A DNA stretch of 63,988 nucleotides, filler included, from Collodictyon triciliatum (Eukaryota), in assembly GCA_043381765.1 (NCBI GenBank). It is 6 parts of 6 records of this genome, joined end to end, with 100 filler letters (N's around TTAATTAATTAA, not from the genome) between each part and the next. Parts side by side here need not be neighbours in the genome. Positions count along the whole stretch, not along the records: positions 23,448 to 35,065 come from JBHJMP010002349.1; positions 35,166 to 46,781 come from JBHJMP010002350.1; 4 more parts are not named here. One strand, written 5' to 3'. The position numbers were made by a program, and so were the translations under genes. This document shows positions 25,888 through 43,200 of the stretch, in pieces. Under the pieces are notes generated by a model. The model did no database searches, was not told the origin of the DNA, and worked only from the letters and a program-made list of their open reading frames with translations. The first letter of the stretch is position 1; every line of letters begins with the position of its first letter.

Positions 25888-28800
25888 TCAGAGTCTGCCC
25901 GCTGTATAAGCCGCTTCATAAAGCCTCTCTCCAAGGCCGATGAGCTTGTCGTGAAAATGAACTCTCTCGTAGTTTGAAGGCGGGACGCTGCGCGGCGTGT
26001 GTATGATGAAACCGTGATTTTCGTTTGTCAACTCCATTTAAAAGAGCTCAGCAAGATTTTGACATTCGATACAATTTAATGCAAATGTATTGGGATCAAT
26101 CTGTTTCAACAATTTTACTAATAAGAGAGAGATATATGTCTTTCCTAACTAACCGTTTTATCCCGTACAGCATCCCGTATAACCCGCCAGCAATAGAGGC
26201 AGTAGAGTCGCTATCACCGCCTTGTTTCGTTCATATAATTTCGATGAAACTTTAGCTCATTTGCCAAGCAGTAACATTCAGACCATCAAATAGTTTGATG
26301 AATTACTTGCATCTCACTCTAAAGCGTGTGTATAGCTCTTTGTTTATATGAAGAAAGAAAAAACCATGAATAGCTGATCTGGTCATGAGTTCAATCCAAT
26401 TATCCTCAGAATGTAGCAGGGAGTCGTACTAAGCGAAGAATAAAATAAAAAAAAAAAAGAGTACAAAATTAGTTTAGTCTTCGAAATAGAATTCGAGTAT
26501 AGTTGTCATGAAAAATTTAGAAGGGAATGTACCGCAATCATAACAGAGTCGAATCCTTGTCGACCGGGCCATGCCTATCAACCCCAAAATACGTATACGT
26601 ATATGAACAGGACATCGTAATTATAATGTGATTAAAAAAAAAAGGTAGAAATTTTTCAATCGTAGTCTCTTTAGAGGTTTGATAGATGAGGTACCCCTCC
26701 AGAAAACTGGTGGTAAAGCATGTCCTTTTGTTCAAAATCGCCATCGAATCTTTCAAAGGTTTCTTTTCCACCGTCTGCAATCTTTCTAAAGGAGAGATAC
26801 TTGATCCAGCTTTGAAAAAAAAATCATGATTAGAATCGCACGAAAACCATGGCTTGGCCGCAGCCACTCTTATTTTTCTTAACAAACAAACAAACAAACA
26901 AACAAACAAACAAACAAACAAACAAACAAACAAACAAACAAACAAACAAACAAACAAACAAACAAACAAACAAACAAACAAACAAATAGGCGTCGGTCTG
27001 AAAAGTCTACAGCGCGGCATTCGAAAAAGAGATACATCGCCCCATATGAAAGCAATAATTACTGTTCTCGGAAAGTCTCACAGGCGTTCGTTTCTTCCTC
27101 TCCATAATTCTTTTTCACAAAGGCCTTGGCTTTGGGGAAAACTGGCTCGTATTGATGGTAAAATACCAAAATATTATTCATATGTATTATCACTACCCTT
27201 ATTATTTTATTTTGAGTAGCCAATGACTTAAAAATATGAGTGATATTAATATTATCATTTTCACACTTCCGTGTTTTTTAGTCCTTATGAAAGAAACGAG
27301 ATTAATGTAAAAAAAAACCTTCGTTCAAAAACTTTGTACCCCACGAGAACAAGGGAATGTCCCTGATTGCGTAAGAAATAAATGCAGCCACCATCAGACC
27401 TCCAAAGTATCCTACTGGGCTAGCGTGAGTCTGCATGAGTTTCGCGATTATTTAATGCCAGACCGCTCTTGCTTTCCGGGATGTGAGGTCAAGATTAACG
27501 AATACTCGTTGAGGTATTTTATAAGAGTATAATTACTATGCGGCCACTCAGAATAGAGACTGCTATAAGCTTGTCCAATTGATTTTCTCTTGGAAACATC
27601 ATTCCTGATTTCAAGAGGAAATTAGATATTTCATTCAGAGAATATGTACATATCATGTGGTCGATTTATCATTTGAAACCTGCATACCAACACTTACACG
27701 ATGAGATAGATTCATAAACTGTAACTAACCAATAGGTGCACTTCTCATAGCACAACCACATCCCGTACCCTTGGGGCTATACTCCATTTTATTCCACCTG
27801 ACGAGATATAAATTTGTTTTGAAATTTGGTAAACAAACTGTCTGGTAAATAAGCAATCATTTGCAACAATATATTTGTATGCACCCTCTTATTTCTCATT
27901 TTATAATATAATGTATTACCATGAGCCATCCTTAGGAACACCAGATAACAAAATGATGGTACCTCGGCCATACCCAACATTTCCCTGTTTGTGTGTTTCT
28001 CATTAAAAGCACTTCAAATCGGGATGAAGCTGAGTGTCAGGAATCAAATGAGAGCGAATATGGAGTGGTATAAGAGAACGGTACATATTCGTCAAAGTTG
28101 TCTTTAAAGGCCTTTGCTATGGAGATGCACATCATTTCATCGCTGTAATTGAATGATAAAAACACGATGAGTTAGAGCCGTAGTGAGTTATTGTAAGGAG
28201 GAGGATTGATACATGTAAAGCAATAGAAAAACAGAGAGCATGAGACAGTTACACCTTCTCTACTTGAACCGTGTCTTGTTTTGGAGGAGCCATTAGAATT
28301 GGTCTTACTCTTTTTGTTGTGAACTTAATATTCCTTCTGCAACACCAACGGACATCATGGTATCGTCGCTTGTAAGAGAAAATTGCTCATCGACACGGAG
28401 CTTTGCAATCCCTTCAATGTTTTTCAATTTTACCATTATACTTTAGCATATTTAGTTAAAAGCAGGTTCAAATCAGTTACAAATATACAATTTTAAAAAG
28501 ATGACATGACAGAGTCAATTCCTTTCTTTGTGTTTATATCATACAGAATTGGCCTTTAGGGTAGAGGAGCTTGATCATTCAAATGCAGGGAGGTGTGGAG
28601 GCCTTGCTTTGTTTACAAATAGTTCATCACCTTCTTTGCATAGAAGATGCAGGCTTCTGTTTATGTCGGCGCCAGACCGATTCACTTCCCATTTTCCGTT
28701 TCTATAACCTATGCTGTCGCCGACTCCGATAAGCAACATGCTTGACACATATCTATTGTTGGTTTATGTGGGTGCAGCCTATTTTTCGATTTACTTTCTA

Positions 28801-29114
28801 CAAATGATTATGTGATATGTGGGGGATTGGAAAATAAAGTAAAAGATAAATAATGGAGTATACGATTCATTATACTGATATGCGACCAAAAAAAATCCAA
28901 GGAAAAAGGTGCGAGGGTTCACAGAAAGATAAACACTAGTTCCATGGGCGATTATCGTTTGATGTGAAGAGGAAGGGCGTAGCTAAACTGTCAAGAAAGC
29001 AACAAGGGATCTCTGGGCCATAGGGACACTTCCTTTCACTGTGAATAAAGGGAAAGGTAAAAGGGAGAATAATACATGCCTGTCTTTCAAAGGAACCGTG
29101 GTGCCGCTCGCCAT
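25888..29114 (-). CDS. ADPRH: ADP-ribosylarginine hydrolase (ARH1-like, ADP-ribosylglycohydrolase family); multi-exon
   Basis: Spliced peptides RYVSSMLLIGVGDSIGYRNGKWE, TSDDTMMS, GTGCGCAMRSAPIG, THASPVGYFG, HGGDSDSTASIAGGLYG and VPPSNYERV; stop TGA at 25890-25888; first intron is GC-AG. Confidence 0.9.
26881..26985. repeat. (AAAC)n microsatellite, intronic in the ARH1-like gene
   Basis: Direct tetranucleotide repeat. Confidence 0.95.
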
Positions 29115-29585
29115 CTGGAAAGAGTGCTCTCTGCTTCTATGTTGCGAAGAATGGCTTCAGTGAATCGAGCTTCCCGCGCTGCTTTTTTTTTCTTGTCCTC
29201 CTTTCTTTATTTCTTTCTTAATTCAAATGGAATAAAAAAAAAAAGGAATAATGAAAAGAAAAAAAAAGGATAATGGAAAAGATAGAACAACAAAATAAAA
29301 AAAAAAAAAGGAAAAACGAAAGATTATTTTTAAATAAAGAATGCCGAAGGCGCATACGTGGCGACTCCCAAAAAAAATAAAAAAAAAAATAAACACAGCC
29401 CGATTCAAATCACGCAAAATATAGAATCAAACAATCCGATCACAAACTCTTTCGATCAAGAAACGCAGCAGAAAACTCGCGGATTCTTCTGGGCCAAAAG
29501 AACTCTCCGCCAAGAACCACAACTGACTCTGCACCCACCCAAAGAAAGGCCAAGCGCCAAACCGCGTCCTACCTCGCAGTAGCCG

Positions 29586-29870
29586 ATGTCCGATCCACTG
29601 TCACTGACCCAGGAGCTCGATCAACTGAGCCGCCGCACAAAAGCGCTTGAGAAAGAGCAGCACGAACTGGAGCAAATCCGCGCCGAGTTGAAGCACCTGA
29701 GAGAAGAAGCCAAGGCACAGAAAAAGAGCGAGCACTTGGACTCCAAGCTGGCTGCGCTGCTGGAAAGAGCCGACTCACTGGAGGACGAGCGCAGCGAACT
29801 GGAGCAACTTCGGCGCGATCTGCGGGCACTGAAAAAGTCTGTCCATGTGGAAGCCTGGAGCGAAAACTAG
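29586..29870 (+). CDS. 94-aa single-exon coiled-coil protein of unknown function
   Basis: Clean ATG-TAG ORF, GC-rich codons, Leu heptads throughout; divergent from the ARH1-like gene. Confidence 0.65.
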   Translation: MSDPLSLTQELDQLSRRTKALEKEQHELEQIRAELKHLREEAKAQKKSEHLDSKLAALLERADSLEDERSELEQLRRDLRALKKSVHVEAWSEN

Positions 29871-30498
29871 TCTTTGTCTTTCGGCAACTTGCGCCCTTCT
29901 CCTTGTCTTTCTCCTTGTCTTAGTTTCTCTGTTGATACTGGGCGACTTGCCTTTCAGCCTCACACCAGGCCATCGGAGCAGCCGCCAAAGAGTTCTTGGG
30001 CGAGTCGTGCAATAAGGCAAGAAGACAAACAAGACGTGGGAATCGTGCGGTGTCTTCAGTTTGCTTGGTTGTCTTGTTTAATAAAGAAAAGTGTTGTGTA
30101 GATAAGCCCCTTCGGTTGCTTCAGGGGCATAGGGAAACTTGAGAGAACAGGTTGTGAGGAAGATGGAGGGCGAAAAGTCAATGTCGAACAGAGATGCAAT
30201 CATACAGAATTCCAAGGAATGTATGCAAACATAGAAAAGTCAATAGACGCTGGTAGAGTCTGACAGGTGGGCAAATAAGAGCGCGAGAGGAGTAAAAAGA
30301 AAAAGACAAGTGATTGCTTTTGCGATAACCAGAAGCCTCCTCTCCCAGTGTGGCTGTCTGTGGACAAAGCAATATTAATATATATATAAATAGAGATTAA
30401 TATAAAGAAAAGATTTGGCGATGGAGAGGATTGAATAGGTTGCGAGGGAGGGCTCACACGGCAGATGTTTCGTGGTGTATATTTCCCTGTGTGGTAGC

Positions 30499-33400
30499 TC
30501 ATGGCTTTGAAAGGACAATATCCTCGATTCGCACAACACATGTATTGTATGACTTGCAGTTCCCGCACTTGTGATATTGGAAGTGAAAAGGTGCAGCAGA
30601 AGGCTTCTCGCAGTCGTTGCATACAATATGACATGTCTTGTTTCGATATTCTGGTGGGAGTCCGGCTCTCTCTGCTTGCACGAGGGTGTCGATTTTTGAA
30701 AAGAATGTGGTGGTATCTGCAAACGTCTTTTTACAAAAGGGACAGCGATAATCGGTCTTTGAATATTGGTGGAAACATTCAGCGTGCATTACATGTCCAC
30801 AAGGTAAGACCTTCATGGGACTTTTTTTTTTTTTTTGAGTGAGGTGAGGAGAGCGGAGATGTTGCATAAAATTTTGTATTAGATACTTGCGTGGTAGTTT
30901 CATATATTCATGCGAATGCATATATGACGTCAGATATGTAGTCATATTCGTTCATAAACTAGATTGTTTTGTTTGTTTTCCTTTGTTGATTAATTGACTG
31001 TGCTAAAAGGAATTTGTTGAGACCTGGTTGATGTGAACATGTATTGCTTGCATATCGGGCAGTTTGCTTCGGCAGAGCGTTCGATGCACTTGTGTTTGCT
31101 CAAGAGGGGCAGTCGCATGCACATATTGCATTTCATACAATGAAAGTAGTCGATTCCGAGGCCATGTCCTATGCGACAGGCATTGCAGAAAGGACAATGG
31201 TATATAGCCTTTGTCGGGTCATCCTGAATGAGTTGGCCTAATGTGAAGAAATCATCACATGAAAGCATTTTTCTTTTTGCTTATTCGTTCGTTCATTTGT
31301 TCATTTGTTCATTTGTTCATTTGTTCATTCGTTCATTCGTTCGTTCATTTGTTCATTTGTTCATTCAGACGTGACAGACACCGAAGGCCGACATAGGTAC
31401 ATACATATGTTGCAATAGTATCTTCCCATGCATTCTCCACAACCACTGCAATACTGCTGAAGCGGCTGTACTTTGAAACACTTCATGCAAAGCATTTCAC
31501 GAACAAGATATCTTCAAGGAGAGAATGATTTTATTTTATTGAATTTCTTCTTTATTATTTTTTTTTTAAAAAAAAAAGACAAGAATGTTTGAATTCGACT
31601 ATATAAAAATGGTGATATCTTAAGGTCATGAAACGTTTAGNNNNNNNNNNNNNNNNNNNNNNNNNNNNNNNNNNNNNNNNNNNNNNNNNNNNNNNNNNNN
31701 NNNNNNNNNNNNNNNNNNNNNNNNNNNNNNNNNNNNNNNNNNNNNNNNNNNNNNNNNNNNNNNNNNNNNNNNNNNNNNNNNNNNNNNNNNNNNNNNNNNN
31801 NNNNNNNNNNNNNNNNNNNNNNNNNNNNNNNNNNNNNNNNNNNNNNNNNNNNNNNNNNNNNNNNNNNNNNNNNNNNNNNNNNNNNNNNNNNNNNNNNNNN
31901 NNNNNNNNNNNNNNNNNNNNNNNNNNNNNNNNNNNNNNNNNNNNNNNNNNNNNNNNNNNNNNNNNNNNNNNNNNNNNNNNNNNNNNNNNNNNNNNNNNNN
32001 NNNNNNNNNNNNNNNNNNNNNNNNNNNNNNNNNNNNNNNNNNNNNNNNNNNNNNNNNNNNNNNNNNNNNNNNNNNNNNNNNNNNNNNNNNNNNNNNNNNN
32101 NNNNNNNNNNNNNNNNNNNNNNNNNNNNNNNNNNNNNNNNNNNNNNNNNNNNNNNNNNNNNNNNCTTATTAGAGATTCCTGTGGCTCGCTTCCAGCTTTT
32201 CATCATTAATTCCTGTATAATAATTGAATAAATTTTTGAAATAAACAAACACAGTGATATTTATACCTTGACACCTAAAAAAAAAAATTACAGAAGCTAT
32301 AACAAAAAAAAAGTTCCTTTTTATCTTCCTTTCTCAATTCGCTAACCTGGATTATACTGTTTTTAGTTGATTGCGGAAGTGATGCAGTTTCAGTTATCTT
32401 TCGAATGACTTTTCTGAGGTTCTCTTGAGATGACAAGCACTGGTCTTCATCAATCCAAGAGGGCATAGAAACCGCTCGATTCGTGGTAATGGTGTTTGGG
32501 TCTGTTACTCCTTCCAGTCGGTCTGTTGCAGTTGAAGGGGACGACGGACTTTCTTCCACCATCCACCAATGAGACATGCATGCAGAGAACATGGTGTTTG
32601 ATGTTATGTCTACCAAGAACCGGGACAAAAATGATTGTTCGTCTGTTCGAAGCCATCCAATCACCCACGGTAGCATTTCCCGTAAGGCACTGTCCGGCAT
32701 AAATCCAATAATTTTGCCCACCAGATTTTTTTGCTCCTCTGTAGAGAAATACTTCATGACCAATGGATATATTTCTTCATCTTCAGCCTTCAAGTGACTG
32801 ATGAGACTCAGGGTTAGGCTCTTTGAGGTTTGCCTACACAGCTCAAACTTTTCTTTTCTTTCTTCTTCACTCCGAGCAAGCACGATTTCATCCAGTAGGT
32901 GGCTTATTGTCTCGAAAAATTTGACCTCCAATTCGTGCTCGGCATGGGAACATATCTTGACACTGGGTACCCTTTCTTTCAGACTGGGAAATACAATGAG
33001 TTCTTCTGTTCTGGAGTGGTGGATAATTTGGCTCGACAGAAACTGGTACCTTCTCCGTATATCTCGGATTTCGTTGATGGAGCTGGGGTCTGTAGTTTCC
33101 ATGGCCTGGCGAAGTGCATCGAGCTCGTATCGGATAGCTTTATGGATGTCTATGATTTCGATGATTGGATGTTCTGAAGGCTGTTGTTGTGGGTGCTGTT
33201 GTTGTGAATGGGCCGTTAATGCCTGGTACTCCTCCAGTGATGTAATATTCTCATGCGAGCCACTATGTTCTCTATTGCCAATGTCTGAATATGCCTCTTC
33301 AGATTGAATCCGCGGCATTTTTGGGGGGCGATGTGGACTGGATATCTCTTTTGGAGAGTTTGCGGAATCAGTTATTATTCTGGAATATCTGTATTGCTCA

Positions 33401-34518
33401 GCAGCATCACCCACCAACAAACCTTGGCCATGAATATCTTGCTGAACTTCATTTGTGGTGCTGATAAGAAGAGATTGCATGGGCGACGGCCGAGTGTGTT
33501 CCAACGCTGATTCTGACGGCTTCACCGAGTCGTCAAAAGAAAGTCCCGTGGACGGAGGATACCGTAAGGTGGGCGATGTGGGCGTCGAGCTCTTTGTCGT
33601 TTCAGTGCAGTGGCAATGCGAGTCCAACGGACGCTTTGCTCGGACCATGAGATTGCGCAAGTGCTGAAAGCCAGCCCAATGCTGCAGCTCAGGGAGGCGA
33701 GCGGCGAGGTGCACACGGTCTCTGTCTGAAAGCATGCCAAAGAAGCGAGACAAAGCGTCTTGTATGTGCTGAGGAGCAAGCAGCATGGCCTGAAGAATCG
33801 ACTCGCGTTCCTCGTGATTGAGGAGGTGCAGAAGCCACGGAATCATCTCCTGGATGTGCGAGACTGGAAGATGTGCCATCATATCCACAACGAGCTCTTT
33901 CTGCTTCTGGATTGTAAAAGAGCGGGCAATCAACGGGAGAAGCTCTTCCTCTTCCTGCAGCAAATGGGTGGATAGGAACGAAAGCAGGTCCGAGAGTGCC
34001 TGGGCAGCTTCATCGATTGCGACCACGTCGGCTGTCTTTGCAGCTTCACCAGGCCGCGACACAGAGCGAAGAAGAGTAGAGATGTGCTGAAAGTCCTTGT
34101 CCAGCTTCTCATGCTCACAACTTAGCTTGCCACAGAATGTGCCATAGTCTGGAATAGCCTGCAAAACAACTGCGTCCTCAGCATCGGAATGGTGCTTGAG
34201 CACTGAGCAGAGAAAGTCTAGCCGCGCGGCGATTTGCGCCGGTAGAGTCTTGTGCTCGAGTGCGTTTACTTCTGCGTTTGCGTTTGTGTGGGTGTGTTTG
34301 TGCGCTTGTGTGTGTCTGTGCTGGAATGGTTCTGCAGTCTGGTACTGGTCCTTCATCACCTGTGCGAGTTGGCAAAGATCGCTCAGCTCTGCGCGAATGG
34401 CTTTGTGTATGAAGCGGTCGATGTCGAAGGGGCTGCAGTCGATTGTGCGGTGGGAAATCTCTGTGTGTGGAGGTGCGGGATTCATCGGCCTCTGTGCTTC
34501 ACGAAGCCCACTTTGCAT
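30499..34518 (-). CDS. BTS: BRUTUS/HRZ-like hemerythrin + CHY/CTCHY zinc finger + RING + zinc-ribbon E3 ubiquitin ligase (interrupted by an N gap)
   Basis: Two hemerythrin domains (IHKAIRAEL..HHSDAED..EHE..HLLQEEEELLPL; IHKAIRYEL..HHSRTEE..EHE..HLKAEDEEIYPL), linker QENLRKVIRKI, then EMLCMKCFKVQP..CSGCGECMGRYYCNIC, YHCPFCNACRIG..FHCMKCNMC, NCPICKQYMFTS, LPCGHVMHAEC..YRCPFC and IVCNDC..FHFQYHKCGNCKSYNT. Confidence 0.9.
31641..32163. other. Sized assembly gap inside the BRUTUS-like gene
   Basis: 523 Ns without a spacer. Confidence 0.95.
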
Positions 34519-35065
34519 TTCCCTTATCCTTGGATTTCCTTCCTTTCGTATATCTCTTTTAATAGGTTCTGTTTGCGAGAGGGTCGCTGTTGCCGGCAAG
34601 TTGGGCTCCGTATGACCCGCTCCTGTCTGCGATTGTGTTTCTGTGGGGCGATCTGCCCTGCATGGTTGAAGAGTGTTTGTTGAGTGCTAATAGGTGACAA
34701 GTGCAGGTCTTTTCTCTTCTTTTTTTTTATTTCTTTTCTCTTTTTCTCTTTTTCTTTTTTTTTCTTTTTTTCTTTTCTTTTTTTTCTTTTTTTTCTTTTT
34801 TTTCTTTTTTCTTTTTTTTTCTTTTCTGTTTTCTCTTTTTCTGTTTTTCTGTTTTTCTGTTTTTCTGTTTTTTCTCTTTTTTTTCTTTTTTCTTTTTTTC
34901 TTTTCTGTTTTTCTTTTTTCCTCTTTTTTTTTCTGTTTTTCTGTTTTTCTGTTTTTCTGTTTTTCTGTTTTTCTGTTTTTCTGTTTTTCTGTTTTTCTGT
35001 TTTTCTTTTTTTCTGTTTTTCTGTTTTTCTCTTTTTTTTTTTTTCTGTTTTTCTTTTTTTCTCTT

Positions 35066-35165
35066 NNNNNNNNNNNNNNNNNNNNNNNNNNNNNNNNNNN
35101 NNNNNNNNNTTAATTAATTAANNNNNNNNNNNNNNNNNNNNNNNNNNNNNNNNNNNNNNNNNNNN
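35066..35165. other. Artificial scaffold linker
   Basis: N44-TTAATTAATTAA-N44. Confidence 0.97.
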
Positions 35166-35289
35166 ATTATATTGTATTATATTGTATTATATTGTATTAT
35201 ATTGTATTATATTGTATTATATTGTATTATATTGTATTATATTGTATTATATTGTATTATATTGTATTATAAACAGGAACACGTACTGA

Positions 35290-39560
<4,271 letters not shown>

Positions 39561-39861
39561 TTCCAAAATTAAAAAAAAAAACATTTCTTTTTGGTACCGC
39601 CCTCCTTTTTTTTTTCCCCCGCTTTCAATTCGTTCTGGACTGGGACGTGTTATTACCTTACATTCACAATTCATCCTGAGTTATTTTATTTATTTATTTT
39701 TACTTATTTTATATACACCCTTTCAGCAGATTGCAAAGGCATGAATCTTTTAACCACCAAAGATAACAATAGCTGTTGTTTAATAAGTTGCAGATATGAT
39801 GAAAGTTTGAATATTTTGTACATGAATCAATCGTACCAACCATACTGAAAAAGAAAATTCC

Positions 39862-39978
<117 letters not shown>

Positions 39979-40055
39979 GAACAAAAATGTTCTTTTCATT
40001 TTAATTCGCGCGAGATAGAGATGAACAAGTAATGCGATATTGGAGAGATAGGCTC

Positions 40056-40091
<36 letters not shown>

Positions 40092-40272
40092 TGTGTGTGT
40101 GTGTGTGTGTGTGAACCCATTTGAATGAGAAAGTAAACTTGCATGTTGAATTTTAAGAATACATAGATTCTCCTCATGGCGGTTCCCCTCCTATACTGTT
40201 TTAGTATAATTTCATTATTCTTACATTCTCCCCTTGAATAAAAACGTAGTATTTCACGATCAGTAGTCCGCC

Positions 40273-43200
40273 ATGAAAACTGATTTGATGGGCTGGGGAA
40301 ATTCAACCTTGCTATCCTACCTGATAGTCGTCATGGTTCTCAGTTATTGTGCTTCAGATACAGAACCAAGGTGGTGTACTATTCTCTTTTCGTATCGATA
40401 CAATGGCTTTGGAAGTTTCAATTCAGAACCGCTGGCATAATGCATGATGATATACCTGATAAATTCTCATACCTGTATAATATACATTACAATCAAAATT
40501 TTATAGTGTTGCATTCACACTAATAATATGTAAATCATTTTTTTTATCATAGAATAATGAAATTTAGAGGATGTGAATATACCCGAACGGAGCTTTTGTC
40601 GATGAAAGCTGAAAAGGCCTTAGAGTTCTTACTCGATTTCTATGATGATAGTTGCGCTAATTCAAGTTCTGGTGTCATTGATACATTAATAGAGAACGTT
40701 TCGAGTCAACTTACTATTTCTCAGAACTCTGATTACAACATTAAGGACTTGTCGAAATCCCAAAAAATTACTCCAGGCGTTACCGATATAAACTACGAAA
40801 TCATGTTGCGTAATGACCAGATGGTCGAAGACAGAACCACGAAACATTTTGATCAGCCAAAAAGTATGAGCAAATGCTCTGAATCATCTGATGCAGAATA
40901 TGATACCTTATCAAGTATCTATGATATCTTAAGAGGGGACGAGTGGTTACAAAATAATGGATGGAAAAATAAGTATGTGCCATTTTGTAAATGGGACGGA
41001 GTAATCTGTGATACCGACTATTTTCAAGACGAAAATATGGTAACTTTTGGACTACAGTTTTTTTTAAAAAAAAAAAACAATGTCAGAAGTTAGTTCGATC
41101 TTTAATTTTTGCACAGACTATATGTTTTCATATTGAAGTTACGACAACTGAAATACTCAAAAAAATATGATTTTCTCTTTATGTGCCATTCTTTTTTTTA
41201 AAAAAAAATAATTCTAAATGAATAAATAAATCATAAAAGGGTTCTAAGTGCACTATACTGGGACTATCTCTTCCAAATAATAATTTGAGAGGAAACATCA
41301 GCGACGTAGCCCATCATATCGAAAAACTATGTTGTTTGACGATATTAAACTTTAATGGAAATTATCTGAACGGAGAAATACCCGATATAAAGAGCCCACT
41401 TCTTCAGGTCCTGTCCCTAAAGGACAATATAATGTCAGGCACAATACCCGATTTTCAGGGACTGCCGAATTTAGATTTACTCGAAATTGATGGTAATTTG
41501 CTGGAGGGGACTATTCCAAACTTCTCTGCTCTGCCATATGTCACATCCTTAATTTTTGGAATGAGTGTTTCAATTCAAGGTATGAAAATGTGACTTAACA
41601 TTCTGTTTCCCATATTTTTTTCAAATATTCTCGTAATAAGGTTCTTATTTGCTTGTGATATACGTAAATTCTACAGGCAACTTGCCAAATTTTGATTCAC
41701 TTCCACTATTGGAGAATTTAAAGATGTGGGGGACCAGTGTTTCAGGTAAGAACAATTATTTTTATGATTACTAGATAGAAAAAAAATTGCGTACAAAACA
41801 CATTGGCATCTGAGTCTTATCATTTATAATTTATTTTAGACGAAAATATACCCATAAACTTTTTATATAAAATATAACGAATCACAGGAGCATTACCTAA
41901 TTTTTCTGGAGCTCCAAATCTTCTAGGATTGTCTCTTCATGACAACAAAATCAACGGTTTGCTTAAAAAACGTCAATTTTGAAACACAAAACATCAACCA
42001 GAGTCAGAGAAATATGTTTCTATTTAATGTTGAAGTATACAAATTTCATCATGGTTAAAATGAAAGAAAAACTCAAATGTGTTCAATAACAAGGCACGCT
42101 ACCCGATTTTTCTGATACACCTTCGCTAATGTTGCTTTACTTGCATAGTAATTTTCTTCAAGGTATGATTTCTTACAAAACAAAAAAGAGACATGTATTA
42201 TATTTATATTATATGGTTCAATTCTAATGGAATTATTTTACATCTAGGACCATTACCCGACTTTTCTAGAATATCATCCGTTCTGGAGGTTTACCTGTAT
42301 GATAATTTTTTTGAAGGTAATTGATTGGTGTAGTTGTCTTGATCAGTTCCCACCATTCAAGCAGTTTAATTGTATAAAACTTAACCTCAAATGAAAATAC
42401 TTATAGGAACAATACCTGATTTTTCAAACATGTTTTCCTTAATGGAGCTTGACATATCGAGAAATATACTCACCGGTAATATTTAATAGGATTTTCTGAT
42501 AATTACGCAATTTAAAAATACACAGTTAAAAAGTAGAAATATTTATCATGATTATAACATATCTAATCATCTGATTTTTTTAACTTTTACTCGAAGGAGG
42601 AATACCCAACTTCAGTAATATAAGAATGATATCGGCATTATCGCTATCAAGCAATCATTTAAAAGGTTTGTCATACATTTTGAAATCATGTTGTATATTA
42701 ATCCTGATTGCATATCTACGAAATAGGTTCCATACCAGATTTCGACTTGATTTCTCGGATTAAATTCCTTTATGCATCCAGCAACAGATTGATAGGTATC
42801 CTTCTCTGATTAGTTGCTACTATATTGATCGAAAATCGATTTCATAAGAACAATTACTTATTCTTATCTGCTTAGGGTCAATACCGGACTTCAAATTCCT
42901 CCCAAATATCATATCTATTGAATTATATGACAACTTATTGGAGGGTAAAAAATTAATGATAATTACAACTCTTTATGAGCTAACATACTTCAATTTAGGG
43001 AGTATTCCTGTTTTCAGAATGCCAACCATTGAACATATAGACCTTAGCAGCAATCTGTTGCATGGTTTTAAATTTTTCAACTTATTTATATTTACTTTTG
43101 TATTTCAATGATAAAATTTTGTAACATAAAATGAAATCGTTGCATGTTTCCCTTTTAAAAGAAGAATATTGTCAAAATAATTAAGGGAGCTTGGGAACAT

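Noticed and set aside
28144-28340. Apparent non-canonical intron in ARH1 after AEG
   Set aside because: Resolved by a canonical phase-2 GTAAGA donor giving AEGILSSQQKDDEMM.
29896-29921. Two copies of TCTCCTTGTCTT identical to the DDX46 repeat unit
   Set aside because: Short low-complexity match; no evidence of a functional link.
34684-35121. Poly-Phe ORFs here and similar ORFs at 47453-47975, 54804-55172 and 58201-58545
   Set aside because: Microsatellite, low-complexity or N-run read-through.
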